From Squalus acanthias (taxonomy: Eukaryota): a stretch of 64,000 nt of DNA. Position numbers and translations under genes: made by a program. The notes beneath the pieces are model-generated. The model was not told the DNA's origin and searched no databases. It worked only from the letters and a program-made list of their open reading frames with translations. Numbering within the stretch: the stretch's first letter is position 1; the number at the start of each line of letters is the position of its first letter. Location: NCBI GenBank assembly GCA_030390025.1, contig CM059432.1, positions 19,222,001 to 19,286,000 on the forward strand, written 5' to 3'. Below, piece by piece: positions 24,510 through 36,776 of this stretch.

Positions 24510-26506
24510 AGAACCTCTTGTCCCTGTCTCTAGTTTCTCCTCACCAACCTCCCAAGCTCATTCCATCCATCAGATTTGTCTCCTGCTCCCTCGACCCCAT
24601 TTCCACAAAATTCTTGATAATCCTAACTTCCGTTCATTGCCTCCATTTTACCCAATATTGTAAATAGTTCCTTTCCTCATGCATTGTCCCTCTACTTTTC
24701 AAAACTGTTGTCATCAAACCCCTCCTCAAAATAATCCACTCTCTACCTCTCTGCCCTCACCAACTATGGCCCCATCTTATCTCCCACTTTGCTCTCTCAG
24801 ATCCTTGACTGTGCTGTTGCCTCCCAGATCCATGCCCACTTCTCCCTGTTTTGATCCATCCAATCAGGTTTTCACCACTCCCATCAACCTATCCCTAAAT
24901 TAAAGTCACGTACAATATTCTTTATGATTGTGATAGTGGTGTATTATCTTCCTCATCCTCCAACGCTTCTCCTCTGTTGTCCAGCTCCGTGAGATTACCC
25001 TCGCTAGGTTCCACTCTTGCCTATCGAATCATAGCAAGAGGATCTCTACCAATGGCTTCACTACCCATCCCTGCACCATCACGTCCGGAGACTTTCAAGG
25101 ATCCATCCTTGGCCCCCTCCTCTTCCTTATCTACATGCTGACCCTTGGCAGCATCACACAGGCATGGGGACAGCTTCCACATGTATGCCAATGACACCCG
25201 GCACTAACCTCTGCACCACCTCTCTCAACCCCTCTACTGCCTCTGTGTTGTCAGGTTGCTCGTCCAACTTCCAGTTTTACAAGAGTTACGATTTCCTGCA
25301 GCTAAACATTGTGAAGACTGAAGCCATCATCTTTGGCACTGCCACAGACTCTATCTCTCTCCTTGGCCATTGTCGCAGTTGAACCAGAGTGCAACGTTGG
25401 TGCCCTGCCTCATCCTGAGCTTAGGGGCTGACTCCATATTCACTCTATCACAAAAACCACACACTTTCACTTCCGTAATATTATCTGCCTCCACCCTACC
25501 TCAGTCCATCTGCTGCTGAAGTCCTCATTCATGCATTTGTCTCCTCCAGCATCAATTACTCAAATGCTCTCCTGGCCTTTCATTCCCACACCATCAAGTT
25601 CAGCTCATTTAAAACTGCCACCTCTATCACACCAAGGGGGCGATTTTGCCAGCCCTGGGGAGGCGGGTATGGAGGCAGGACTGCCGGGAAAATGGCAGAA
25701 TTTGGGGGCGAGTGCCCAACCCGCCCCATGCCATCTTCCTAGGAGGCGGGTAGCCGACCCGCGCCGGGTCCCGTCTCCTTGGAGGCAGGTAGTTAACAGA
25801 CAGAAAATAGGATTATCCCCTTTTTGCCCTCACAAGTGCGGGCTTCCCGAAGGCTCCAAAACACGCCAGCTCAGCTCAGCGAGTATTGGGTCTGCGGGGG
25901 TCGGGGGGGTGCAAAAGTGTGGTGTGAAGGTAAGTGATGGGTGCAAGAGTGTAGAGGTGAGTATCTGAGGTAAGTGCAAAGTGTTTTTAAAAGTGTACTT
26001 ATCTTTGTTTCTTTCTGCAGGCTTTAGTCGGTTTGTATGTGGAGAGTCTCGGACCTCCATGTTGCAGATGACAGATGGCCATTGCATTCTCAGATGCAAC
26101 AACCATCTCATTTCTGTAAAAGAAAGAAATTTGGTGAGGTCTTGTATGCAAGACCTCATCAAACTGCAGAGAATGTCAGTGTTTGACAGCTTCACAGAGC
26201 TGTCAAACGATGACAATTCATCTGTCTAAAATTTTTGACAGATGCAACGTCATACGTTGACATTCTCTGCAACCGGCTTTCCCTTAATTGGCCTGCTCAG
26301 CCCGCTGGGCGGGCTTAACAAGGTCAATCAAGGGAAAATATCGTGGGTTGGCCACAACTCGATGGAGGTGGGACATCGACCCGCCAAGCAGCAGTCCCAC
26401 CTCCAACACGCCCCCATTAATAAAATCGCCCCCAAGTCCCGATTCCCATCGCTCAAATCCTTGTTGACCTATATTGGCTCCCGGTCCCCCAGCACCTCAA
26501 ATTTAA
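24510..26506 (+). mobile_element. Old L2-clade LINE fragment (interrupted by a MITE; probably resumes at ~32996-33070)
   Basis: C/T-rich decayed RT: QGSILGPLLFLIYML and YA(N)DT equivalents near 25097-25200; KTEAIIF. Confidence 0.7.
25636..26432. mobile_element. Harbinger-type MITE inserted in L2
   Basis: TIR GGGGCGATTTT / AAAATCGCCCC; 3-bp TSD (CAA, or AAG in the alternative register). Confidence 0.75.
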
Positions 26507-26658
26507 ACAAAAGCAAAATACTACTGTACTGTATAATTACTGTGTAGCAGGACTCCCTAAAGTGCAAGGTGTGAGAAATTGTTGGAAATCTGAAATAAAA
26601 GCAGAAAATGCTGGAAATACTCAGCAGGTCAGGCAGCATCTGTGGAGAGAGAAATAGA
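26507..26658 (-). mobile_element. Penelope-LTR-derived fragment
   Basis: Reverse complement of CTCTCTCCACAGATGCTGCCTGACCTGCTGAGTATTTCCAGC. Confidence 0.7.
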
Positions 26659-27085
26659 GGGCTGGATTTTCCCGGGTCCCACCAAGGCCGGAGGAAGGGT
26701 CCGATCACCCAGAGGGATATGATCAGAGTCGCGATCCTGGGGAGGTGGAGGGGGGCGGGCGAGGGGGGCCGATCCCTGACCCAGGACTCAGTCGCAATCC
26801 GGGGCGGAGGGTTGGGAGGTATTCCAGGCCCGAGGGGGACCCGATCCCTGGGGAGGACAGATCCTGACCCGGGGGAGGGCCAAGCTGATGGTGGGGGAGC
26901 TTGGGGGGCCGGGAGGAAGCACTCCTGCTCCTCCCGGCCCACAAGGATTGCTCCCCGAGGCTGAGGCCGCCTTGGTGCAGCCACCAGGAATCCCGAGCCC
27001 TGGAATCCCCAGCCGCGTGTAGTAAAACTGGAAAAGCAGGTTAAAGTAGAGGCTTCAGGCCTCATAATAATATGTAAATTGCAAA
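26659..27085. mobile_element. Harbinger-type MITE, left part (right part now at 28592-28750, inverted)
   Basis: TIR GGGCTGGATTTTC versus GGCCAGAATTTTC at 28592; TSD AGA is restored on un-inverting. Confidence 0.65.
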
Positions 27086-27385
27086 CAGAGACTGGCTGGA
27101 GTCATACCTAGCACAAAGGAAGATGGTTGTACTTGTTGGAGGTCAATCATCTCAGCCCCAGGACATCGCTGCAGAGTTTTTCAGGGCAGTGTCCTAGGCC
27201 CAACCATCATCAATGACCTTCCCTTATTCACCATAAGGTCAGAAGTGGGGTTGTTCGCTGTTGACTGCACAGTGTTCAGTTCCATTCACAACTCCTCAGA
27301 TAATGAAGCAGTCCATGCCCGAATTCAGCAAGACCTGGATGACATTCAGGCTTGGGCTGATAAGTGGCAGGTAACATTCGCGTCA
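27086..27385 (+). mobile_element. Second-lineage LINE, 5' part (continues at 29510-28752 on the minus strand)
   Basis: LFAVDCTVF, QQDLDDIQAWADKWQVTF; colinear with 12303-12390. Confidence 0.8.
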
Positions 27386-27622
27386 CACAGAGGCGGCGGA
27401 CCTGGGTGGAGCGGCTGCGGCGAGGCAGAGCGGTGAAAAGGCGGCGGCGAACAGGTAGGCCCACAGAGGCGGCGGACCTGGGTGGAACGGCTGTGGCGAG
27501 GCAGAGCGGTGAAAAGGCGGCGGCGAACAGGTAGGCCCACAGAGGCGGCGGACCTGGGTGGAGCGGCTGCGGCGAGACAGAGCGGTGAAAAGGCGGCGGC
27601 GAACAGGTAGGCCCACAGAGGC
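27386..27622 (+). repeat. 76-bp CpG-rich tandem monomers (3.1 copies) at the CR1 5' end
   Basis: CACAGAGGCGGCGGACC... units start at 27386, 27462, 27538 and 27614. Confidence 0.95.
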
Positions 27623-28514
27623 TTTTATAGTACGGGAAGCAGTGGTTGCTGGGTAAGTGATTAATTTTTACCTATATATAAGTTGGGCGGTTCCTAAACC
27701 CGAGACACTACACTTGTAGTGTCCCCCACCCTTCCTCCTCCTCTAACCTAAAGGAGGTGAGTGACTATCAGGTAAGCTCCTTTTTGTTCTAGTTTAATCC
27801 GCAAGTTAGCTAGAGGGGATGGCAGGGGAGGCAGTGAAATGTTCCTCCTGCAGAATGTTTGAGGTGAGGGACGCCGTCGGTGTCCCTGCTGATTACACCT
27901 GTGGGAAGTGCACCCATCTCCAGCTCCTCGAAAACCGTGTTATGGAACTGGAGCTGGAGCTGGATGAACTTCGGATCATTCGGGAGGCAGAGGAGGTCAT
28001 AGATAGAAGCTTCAGGGATGTAATTACTCCAAAGCATGAAGATAGATGGGTGACAGTGAGAGGGGCTAGGAGGAAGCAGTCAGTGCAGGGATCCTCTGTG
28101 GTCATTCCCCTCAGTAACAGGTATACCGCTTTGAATACTGTTGAGGGGGACGACTTACCAGTGGTAAGCCATGGTGACCGGATCTCCGGCGCTGGGTCCG
28201 TCCCTGTGGCTCAGAAGGGAAGGGGGGAGATCAGGAGAGCAATAGTTATTGGGGACTCAATAGTCAGAGGGACAGATAGGAGGTTCTGTGGCAGCAAAAG
28301 AGACTCACGGATGGTATGTTGCCTCCCGGGTGCCAGGGTCCGTGACGTCTCGGACCGTGTTTTCAGAATCCTCAAGGGGGAGGGGGAACAATCACAAGTC
28401 GTGGTACACATCGGTACCAACGACATAGGTAGGAGAAGGGACGGGGATTTAAAACAGGAATTTAGGGAGCTAGGTTGGAAGCTGAGAGCCAGTACAAACC
28501 ATGTTGTAATTTCT
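27386..28514 (+). mobile_element. Young CR1 copy 2: 5' UTR and ORF1, broken by an inversion
   Basis: ORF1 from 27819 is near-identical to 7030 up to VVIS, then switches abruptly at 28515. Confidence 0.92.
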
Positions 28515-28751
28515 CAACCCCTCAACTTTAACCCCCCACACGCCTCCAAACCCGACTCCACGGGTCATTCAAAATCCAGCCCGTTAACTCTGGCCAGAAT
28601 TTTCAGAGGTAAGAATGGGTGGGTTGGAAGCGTGGGGGGAAGTGAAAATTGAAAAAATGTGAACCCCGACCCCAACTCGCCTCCAACCTGCCCACTTTCA
28701 CCTTTCACTCAGGCGGGACGGGGGGCAGGCTGCCAACCCCAAGAGGCGTTT

Positions 28752-29510
28752 TTTCAAAAATTCTTTCCTGGGATTTGGGCGTCGCTGGCAAGGCCAGCAT
28801 TTATTGGCCATCCCTAATTGCCCTTGAGAAGGTGGAGGTGAGCCGCTGCAGTCCTTGTGGTGAAGGTGCTCCCACAGTGCTGTTAGGGAGGGAGTTCCAG
28901 GATTTTGACCCAGCGACGATGAATGATCGGCGATATACTTCTAAGTCAGGATTGTGTGTGACTTGGAGGGGAACTTGGAGGTGGTGGTTTTCCCCTGCGC
29001 CTGCTGCCCTTGTCCTTCTAGGTGGTAGAGGTCGCGGGTTTGGGAGGTGCTGCCGAAGAAGCCTTGGTGAGTTGCTGCAGTGCATCTTGCAGATGGTCCC
29101 ACACTGCAGCCACGGTACGCCAGTGGTGGAGGGAGTGAATGTTTAAGGTAGTGGATGGGGTGCCAACCAAGTGGGCTGCTTTGTCCTGGATGATGTCAAG
29201 CTTCTTGAGTGTTGTTGGAGCTGCACTCATCCAGGCAAGTGGAGAGTAATCCATCACACTCCTGACTTGTGCCTTGTAGATGGTGGAAAGGCTTTGGGGA
29301 GTCAGGAGATGAGACACTCGCCGCAGAATACCCAGCCTCTGACCAACTCTTGTAGCCACAGTATTTATGTGGCTAGTCCAGTTAAGTTTCTGGTCAATGG
29401 TGACCCCCCAGAATGTTGATGGTGGGGGATTCGGCAATGGCAATGCCGTTGAATATCAAGGGGCGATGGTTAGACTCTCACTTGTTGGAGATAGTCATTG
29501 CCTGGCACTT
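28752..29510 (-). mobile_element. Second-lineage LINE, 3' part
   Basis: Reverse-complement homolog of 12392-13160. Confidence 0.85.
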
Positions 29511-32500
29511 ACATAGAAACATAGAACAGTACAACACAGTACAGGCCCTTCGGCCCTTGATGTTGTGCCGAGCATTGTCCGAGACCAAGATCAAGCTATC
29601 CCACTCCCTATCACTCTGGTGTGCTCCATGTGCTTATCCAATAACCGCTTGAAAGTTCCTAAAGTGTCCGACTCCACTATCACAGCAGGCAGTCCATTCC
29701 ACACCCCAACCACTCTCTGAGTAAAGAATCTACCTCGGACATCCCTTCTATATCTCCCCCCATGCACCTTATAGTTATGCCCCCTTGTAACAGCTGCCTC
29801 TACCCGAGGAAATAGTCTCTGAACATCCACTCTATCTATCCCCCTCATCATCTTATAAACCTCTATTAAGTCGCCTCTCATCCTCCTCCGCTCCAAAGAG
29901 AAAAGCCCTAACTCCCTCAATCTTTCCTCATAAGACCTCCCCCCCAAACCAGGCAGCATCCTGGTAAATCTCCTCTGCACTCTTTCCAATGCTTCCACGT
30001 CCTTCCTATAGTGAGGTGATCAGAACTGCACACAATATTCCAAATGTGGTCTCACCAAGGTCCTGTACAGTTGCAGCATAACCTCACGGTTCTTAAACTC
30101 AAACCCCCTGTTAATAAACGCCAACACACCATAGGCCTTCTTTACTGCTCTATCCACTTGAGTGGCAACCTTCAGAGATCTGTGGATATGAACCCCCAGA
30201 TCCCTCTGTTCCTCCACGTTCCTCAGAACCCTGCCGTTGACCCTGTAATCCTTATTCAAATTTGCCCTACCAAAATGAATCACCTCGCACTTATCAGGGT
30301 TAAATTCCATCTGCCATTTTTCGGCCCAGCTCTGCATCCTATCAATGTCTCTTTGCAGCCTACAACAGCCCTCCACCTCATCCACTACTCCACCAATCTT
30401 GGTGTCATCAGCAAATTTACTGATCCACCCTTCAGTCCCCTCCTCCAAGTCATTGATAAAAATCAAAAACAGCAGAGGACCCAGCACCGACCCCTGTGGC
30501 ACACCGCTGGCAACTGGTCTCCAGTCCGAAAATTTTCCATCCACCACCACCCTCTGCCTTCTATGAGATAGCCAGTTACTTATCCAATCGGCCAAATTTC
30601 CCTCTATCCCACAACTCCTTACTTTCTTTATGAGCCGACCATGGGGAACCTTATCAAACGCCTTACTAAAATCCATGTATACGACATCAACTGCTCTACC
30701 TTCATCTACACACTTAGTTACCTCCTCAAAGAATTCAATCAAATTTGTTAGGCAAGACTTACCCTTCACGAATCCGTGTTGACTATCCCTGATTAAGTTG
30801 CCTCTTTCCAAATGGTCATAAATCCTATCCCTCAGGACCTTTTCCATTATCTTACCAACCACCGAAGTAAGACTAACCGGCCTATAATTACCAGGGTCAT
30901 TCCTATTTCCTTTCTTGAAGAGAAAACAACATTCGCCACTCTCCAGTCCTCTGGCACCATCCCCGTGGACAGTGAGGACCCAAAGATCAAAGCCAAAGGC
31001 TCTGCAATCTCCTCCCTTGCCTCCCAAAGAATCCTAGGATATATCCCATCTGGCCCAGGGGACTTATCGACCCTCAGGTTCTTCAAAATTGCTAAAACAT
31101 CTTCCCTCAGAACATCTACCTCATCCAGCCTATCCACCTTTATCACACTCTCATCCTCAAGAACATGGCCCCTCTCCTCAGTGAACACTGACAAAAAGTA
31201 TTCATTCATCACCTCTCCTATCTCTTCTGACTCCATGCACAAGTTCCCACTACTGTCCTTGACCGGCCCTACCCTCACCCTGGTCATTCTTTTATTTCTC
31301 ACATAAGAGTAAAAAGCCTTGGGGTTTTTCTTGATCCGACCCGCCAAGGACTTCTCATGCCCCCTCCTAGCTCTCCTAAGCTCTTTTTTTAGCTCATTCC
31401 TTGCTACCTTGTACCCCTCAATCGACCCAACTGAACCTTGTTTTCTCATCCTTACATACGCTTCCTTTTTCCTCTTGACTAGACATTCAACCTCTTTTGT
31501 GAACCATGGTTCTCTCACTCGGCCATTTCCTCCCTGCCTGACAGGGACATACCTGTCAAGGACACGCAGTAATTGCTCCATGAAAAAGCTCCACTTTTCA
31601 TTTGTGCCTTTCCCTGATAGTTTCTGTTCCCATCTTATACTCCCTAATTCTTGCCTAATCGCATCATAATTACCCCTCCCCCAATTATAAACCCTGCCCT
31701 GCCGTATGGCCCTATCCCTCTCCATTGCAATAGTGAAAGTCACCGAATTGTGGTCACTATCTCCAAAGTGCTCTCCCACATACAAATCAAACACTTGGCC
31801 CGGTTCATTACCCAGTACCAAATCCAATGTGGCCCCACCTCTTGTCGGCCTATCCACATATTGTGTCAGGAAACCCTCCTGCACACACTGTGCAAAAACT
31901 ATCCCATCCGAACTGTTTGACCTGTAAAGATTCCAATCAATATTTGGAAAGTTGAAGTCACCCATGACAACTACTCTGTGACCTCCACACCTATTCAAAA
32001 TCTGCTTTGCAATTTCTTCCTCCACATCTCTATTACTATTTGGGGGCCTGTAGAAAACTCCTAACAACGTGACCGCTCCTTTCCTATTTCTAACTTCAGC
32101 CCATATTACCTCAGACGGCAGATCCCCCTCGAACTGCCTTTCTGCCGCTGTTAAACTATCCTTGATTAACAATGCTACTCCTCCACCTTTCTTACCACCT
32201 TCCCTACTCTTACTGAAACATCTATACCCCGGAACTTCCAACAACCATTCCTGTCCCTGTTCTAACCATGTCTCCGTAATGGCCACCACATCGTAGTCCC
32301 AAGTACCAATCCACGCTCCAAGTTCTCCTACCTTATTCCGGATGCTCCTTGCATTGAAGTAGACACACTTCAAGCCATCTTCCTGTCTGCCGGTACATTC
32401 CTGCGACCTTGATACCCTCCTCAGTACCTCCCTACACTCACCACTTGCTCCTGGACTACAGCCCTTTTTCCCATCCCCCTGACAAATTAGTTTAAACCCC

Positions 32501-32557
32501 CCCGAAGAGCCGTAGCAAATTTCCCTCCCAGGATATTGGTGCCCCTCTGGTTCAGGT
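29511..32557 (-). mobile_element. Young CR1 copy 2: ORF1 end, ORF2 and 3' tail (inverted)
   Basis: Near-identical to 7886-10936; frameshift ~30920 and stop ~30020; tail at 29511. Confidence 0.95.
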
Positions 32558-32746
32558 CCCGACCGCTTCCCGACTGCATCCCACCTCCATGCAATTTTGG
32601 GAAAATCAGTCGCGGGGTTCCCGACTCCGTCCCGCCTCCAAGAGGCGGGAGAGGCCATTAAAGCCCTTAACAAGCCCTACATTGGCTCAGTAATAACGTT
32701 TTAGCTAGTTTAACCCTTTTCCGAGGTGAAGTACGCCTGATGTGAA

Positions 32747-32785
<39 letters not shown>

Positions 32786-32789
32786 GTCT

Positions 32790-32826
<37 letters not shown>

Positions 32827-32995
32827 GTCCACTCAGCAAATGCCAGGCAGCTCCTCTCTCACCAACAGCCAGGCAATCTCTGAGACCAGGCAGTCTCTGG
32901 CCTGCAATGCAGCAGCAATGATGACATCATCAGAGGTGACTTTCTGAAACCACTAATTGGTTCATGGGTTCCCACATGCTGGAACTCAATTGCCC
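32558..32995. mobile_element. Harbinger-type MITE body (its terminal part is at 28515-28582)
   Basis: Reverse-complement similarity to the MITE at 60108-60812. Confidence 0.65.
32748..32824. repeat. (CT)n microsatellite
   Basis: Direct inspection; a few GT interruptions. Confidence 0.95.
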
Positions 32996-33070
32996 ATTTA
33001 AAATTCTCATCAGTGTGTTTAAATCCCTCCGTAGCTTCATGCCTCCCTATCTCTGGAAATTCCCCCAGCC

Positions 33071-33300
33071 ATAAGAACATAAGAAATAGGAGCAGGAGTG
33101 GGCCATTTGGCCCCTCGAGCCTGCTCCACCATTCAATAAGATCATGGCTGAGCTTCTGCCTCATCTCCACTTTCCTGCACTGTCCCCATATCCCTTGATT
33201 CCCTTAATATTCAAAAATCGATCGATCTCTGTCATGAATATACTCAACGGCTGATCCTCCAAAGCGCTCTGGGGTCGAGAATTCCAAAGATTCACCACCC
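33071..33300 (-). mobile_element. CR1 3' fragment
   Basis: ATAAGAACATAAGAAATAGGAGCAGG tail plus ORF2 C-terminal remnant. Confidence 0.8.
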
Positions 33301-33545
33301 TTTTGGTTTGTGCCTTTTCCCTTTTTTTCTCTCTCCCTCACGGCAGCTGTCTCTCATTCTGCCAGCATTTCACACTTCACACTTCTGAGCCACCTTTTGT
33401 TTCTTAACCTGTCCCATTACCATCTCGTCTTGCCTTGAGCATCTCTTAATGTCTCTACTTACCATAGACCACCCCTTTTGTTCTTTTATTCCTCCCCCCA
33501 GCCTCCCCCTTGCTTTTTTATCTGTTTCATTTCCTGCTTTTTTCT

Positions 33546-33586
33546 CAGTTCTGACGAAGGGTTTCGACCTGAAACGTTAACTCTGT
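33546..33586 (+). ncRNA. Minimal type I hammerhead ribozyme motif (5' pLTR)
   Basis: AGUU-CUGACGA-AGG(GUUUCGA)CCU-GAAACGUU-AACU: conserved core, stem II, palindromic ACGU stem III, stem I AGUU/AACU. PLE repeats are known to carry such motifs. Confidence 0.7.
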
Positions 33587-33717
33587 TTCTCTCTCCACGG
33601 ATGTTGCCTGGCCTGCTGAGTTTTTCCAGCGTTTTCTGTTGTTGTTTCAATTTTCCAGCATCCGCAGTATTTTGCTATCGTATTAGTGTTTGGTTCACTG
33701 CCACCTCTCTTCTAGGA

Positions 33718-36441
33718 ATGCCCACCTTGAAGAAGTTCTGCTCTTCTCTTCGACGGGATCTCCGTTTGGCTCTTCAACCTTGTTCATCTTCACTGCTGTC
33801 AGTTTCCCTTCTCGTGTTTGATCAGGTATCTGCCAAGACTCGGTTTCACAGCCACATTACTTTCCTCAGCAACTGTCTCCGGTTCCGACTTATCCCACGT
33901 GGATTCCAACTAAACTTCCACCCTTCGTGTTTCGGATCCACCCAGGATTACAAATATCTCCAAGATATTTATCGTTCCTCGAACTACTGCTCTCGCCGCA
34001 TCTTGAGATCCGCGCTCAACGCCATGCGGCGCCACATGAACACTCTCGACCTCTCTCTTCAGCAGCACCGACGCACTCTATCTCAAAGCTGTCCGGGTCC
34101 ACACTTCCATTTCATCCTTAGACTCATCCGACGCTTCAACAAAAAACTTTTCTTCTTCCTTTCCGATGTCAAGGATCGCAAGCTTCAACAACTCTTGGAC
34201 ACTAATGCCCCTCCGGAACCTTCTTCCCCTTCACTTTCCTCTGACCCCCCCTTCTCCCAATCTCACCCCCTGCCGCGTTTTCACTATCCCCTCTGACCTT
34301 CCCCTCTCTGACCCCGAACGATCAGTCCTCAGCAAAGGCCTGAGCTGCATCCCCTTATGCCCCCACCTCAATGAATTTCGAGCTCGGCACGATGCTGAGC
34401 TCTTTTTCCGCCGCCTTCGTCTCCGTGCCCACTTCTCTGGCCAGGAGTCTTCCCCCCGCACGGCTGACCCTTTCTCCCGCTTTCAGAATTCTCGTTCCAC
34501 CTGGACCCCTCCCTCTGGCCTCTTACCCTCTCTAGATCTTTTCATTGCTAACTGCCGCTGTGACATCGGCCATCTCATTTTCTCCGCTCCCCTCACTCAC
34601 TCCAACCTACCTCCCTCTGAACTTGCAGCACTCCATTCTCTCCGATCCAACCCCGACATTGTCATTAAACCTGCTGACAAGGGTGGTGCTGTTGTTGTTT
34701 GGCGAACCGACCTCTATCTAGCGGAAGTTGAACGCCAACTCTCCGACACCTCCTCTTACCTCCACCTGGACCATGACCCCACTACTGAACATCAAGCCAC
34801 CGTTTCCAAGACTGTCACTGACCTCATCTCCTCTGGAGATCTTCCCCCCACGGCCGCCAACCTCATAGTTCCCCAACCCTGCACAGCCCGCTTCTACCTC
34901 CTTCCCAAGATCCACAAACAGGACTGCCCTGGTAGACCCATCGTTTCAGCCTGTTCTTGCCCCACGGTACTTATCTCTGCCTATCTCGACTCTATTTTTT
35001 CTCCCCTTGTCCAGTCTCTTCCCACCTACATCCGCGATTCCTCTGACGCCCTCCGCCACTTTAACAGTTTCCAGTTTCCTGGCCCCAACCACCTCCTTTT
35101 CACCATGGACGTACAATCCCTCTACACCACCATCCCCCACCAGGATGGCCTGAGGGCGCTCCGCTTCTTCCTTGAACAGAGGCCCAACCAGTCCCCATCC
35201 ACCGCCACCCTCCTCCGCCTGGCAGAACTTGTTCTCACATGGAACAACTTCTCCTTTGTCTCCACTCATTTCCTCCAAATCAAAGGTGTTGCTATGGGTA
35301 CCCGCATGGGTCCTAGCTATGCCTGCCTTTTCGTGGGATATGTGGAACACTCTTTGTTCCAGTCCTACTCGGGTCCGCTCCCTCACCTCTTTTTCCGGTA
35401 CATTGATGACTGTATCGGTGCCGTTTTCTGCTCTTGCCCTGAACTAGACAATTTCATTCACTTTGCCTCCAATTTCCACCCTTCCCTCACCTTCACATGG
35501 TCCATCTCCGACTCTTCCCTTCCCTTCCTCGACTTCTCCGTCTCCATCTCTGGGGATAGGTTATTGACTAGCATTCACTACAAGCCCACTGACTCCCACA
35601 GCTACCTGGACTACACTTCCTCCCACCCCGCCTCCTGTAAGGACTCTATTCCCTTCTCCCAGTTTCTCCGTCTCCGCCGCATCTGCTCCGACGATGCCAC
35701 CTTCCATACCAGTGCATCCGACATGTCTTCCTTTTTCCTCAACCGAGGATTCCCCTCTACCATGGTCGACACGGCCCTCGACCATGTCCGTTCTATCTCC
35801 CGCACTTCTGCCCTCACCCCTGCCCCTCCCTCCCGGAACCACGATAGAGTTCCCCTTGTCCTCACCTTTCACCCCACCAGCCTCCACATTCAACGGATCA
35901 TCCTCCGCCATTTCCGCCACCTCCAACGTGATCCCACCACCAAACATATCTTCCCCTCACCTCCCCTTTCAGCATTCCATAGGGACCGCTCCCTCCGAGA
36001 CACCCTAGTCCAATCCTCTATCACCCCCAGCACCCCTTCCCCCTCGCCCGGCACCTTCCCGTGCAAGCGCAGGAGATGCAACATCTGCCCTTATACATCC
36101 CCCCTTCCAGGTGAAACAGCGATTTACTTGTACTTCTTGCAATCTAGTATACTGTATTCGCTGCTCACGATGTGGTCTCCTCTACATTGGGGAGACCAAA
36201 CGCAGATTGGGTGACCGCTTTGCGGAACACCTCCGTTAAGTCCGTAAGGGTGACCCCGAGCTTCCGGTCGCCTGTCATTTTAATTCACCTCTCCACGCCC
36301 ACTCAGACCTCACCGTCCTCGGCCTCGTGCATTGTTCCACGGAAGCTCAGCGTAAACTCGAGGAACAGCACCCTCATCTTCCGATTAGGCACTTTACAAC
36401 CTTCCGGACTCAATATCGAGTTCAACAATTTCAGATCATAA
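33718..36441 (+). pseudogene. PLE reverse transcriptase plus GIY-YIG endonuclease, frameshifted
   Basis: KPADKG, FYLLPKIHK, GRPIVS, MDVQSLYT, GVAMG, RYIDD, FLD; Cys linker PCKRRRCNIC; LVYCIRCSRCGLLYIGET and GLN. Frameshifts at ~34250, ~36105 and ~36370. Confidence 0.88.
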
Positions 36442-36735
36442 CCTCGGCCCCTACCACATACATACATATATACACATTTTATCCACCCTTTTGGTTTGTG
36501 CCTTTTCCCTTTTTTTTCTCTCTCTCCCCCACGGCAGCTGTCTCTCTTTCTGCCAGCATTTCACACTTCACACTTCTGAGCCACCTTTTGTTTCTTAACC
36601 TGTCCTATTACCATCTCGTCTTGCCTTGAGCATCTCTTAATGTCTCTACTTACCATAGGCCACCCCTTTTGTTCTTCTATTCCTCCCCCAGCCTCCCCCT
36701 TGCTTTTTTAACTGTTTCATTTCCTGCTTTTTTCT

Positions 36736-36776
36736 CAGTTCTGACGAAGGGTTTCGACCTGAAACGTTAACTCTGT
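36736..36776 (+). ncRNA. Minimal type I hammerhead ribozyme motif (3' pLTR)
   Basis: Identical to 33546-33586. Confidence 0.7.

Noticed and set aside
27386..27622. CRISPR-like array (also considered for 21452-21663)
   Set aside because: Head-to-tail repeats without unique spacers, in a eukaryotic context with no cas genes.
30847..32673. Novel N-terminal extension on ORF2 (MLRALMAS...)
   Set aside because: Chance read-through from MITE sequence across the inversion breakpoint.
33478..33717. Hydrophobic N-terminus of the 272-aa ORF as a membrane protein
   Set aside because: Translation of the T-rich pLTR; the plausible PLE start is the ATG at 33718.
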